This document shows, piece after piece, positions 63,999 to 64,000 of a DNA stretch of 64,000 bases. Position 1 is the first letter of the stretch. Every line of letters starts with the position of its first letter. Under the pieces are notes generated by a model. It was not told the DNA's origin. It searched no databases and saw only the letters and a list, made by a program, of their open reading frames with translations. The translations under genes were made by a program, and so were the position numbers. The stretch comes from Candidatus Bathyarchaeota archaeon (lineage in GTDB: Archaea; Thermoproteota; Bathyarchaeia; Bathyarchaeales; Bathycorpusculaceae), in contig CAWEPZ010000002.1 of NCBI GenBank assembly GCA_963811105.1, positions 544,001-608,000 of the forward strand, in the 5' to 3' direction.

Positions 63999-64000
63999 AT

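Overview
Archaeal chromosomal window, most consistent with Bathyarchaeia (16S rRNA, TFB and gene style; the taxon is my inference). From left to right: (1) a DtxR-FeoA regulator with palindromic operators and feoB; (2) a ~3.4-14.9 kb accessory zone ending at tRNA-Gln, made of gene fragments joined by deletions, including a truncated solo cas1 with no CRISPR array, a lectin-like/HEPN protein, a GACWG repeat cluster, an intact pyk-gpm pair and a broken tyrosine integrase; (3) core genes tfb, aIF1 and UDG; (4) a ~19 kb energy cluster: a shuffled A/V-type ATPase operon with subunit I inverted, a Tat-exported gluconate-2-dehydrogenase-like GMC pair with no cytochrome c subunit, two membrane-anchored blue-copper proteins, an A1-type heme-copper oxidase (subunits I-IV), heme O synthase and two DUF420-like proteins; (5) a degenerate group II chaperonin and metY-metX-metW with an HTH-CBS regulator; (6) microproteins and a candidate structured ncRNA; (7) a GC-richer island with a large GMC oxidoreductase; (8) small housekeeping and regulatory genes and an unlinked 16S rRNA gene with its own processing stem. 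The best candidate for a new system is a short, cytochrome-c-free chain (GMC dehydrogenase -> blue copper -> CuA oxidase) next to an H+-type ATPase, in a lineage generally treated as anaerobic. Several single-base frameshifts in otherwise intact genes may be consensus errors. All family calls come from motif recognition by eye; no searches were run.
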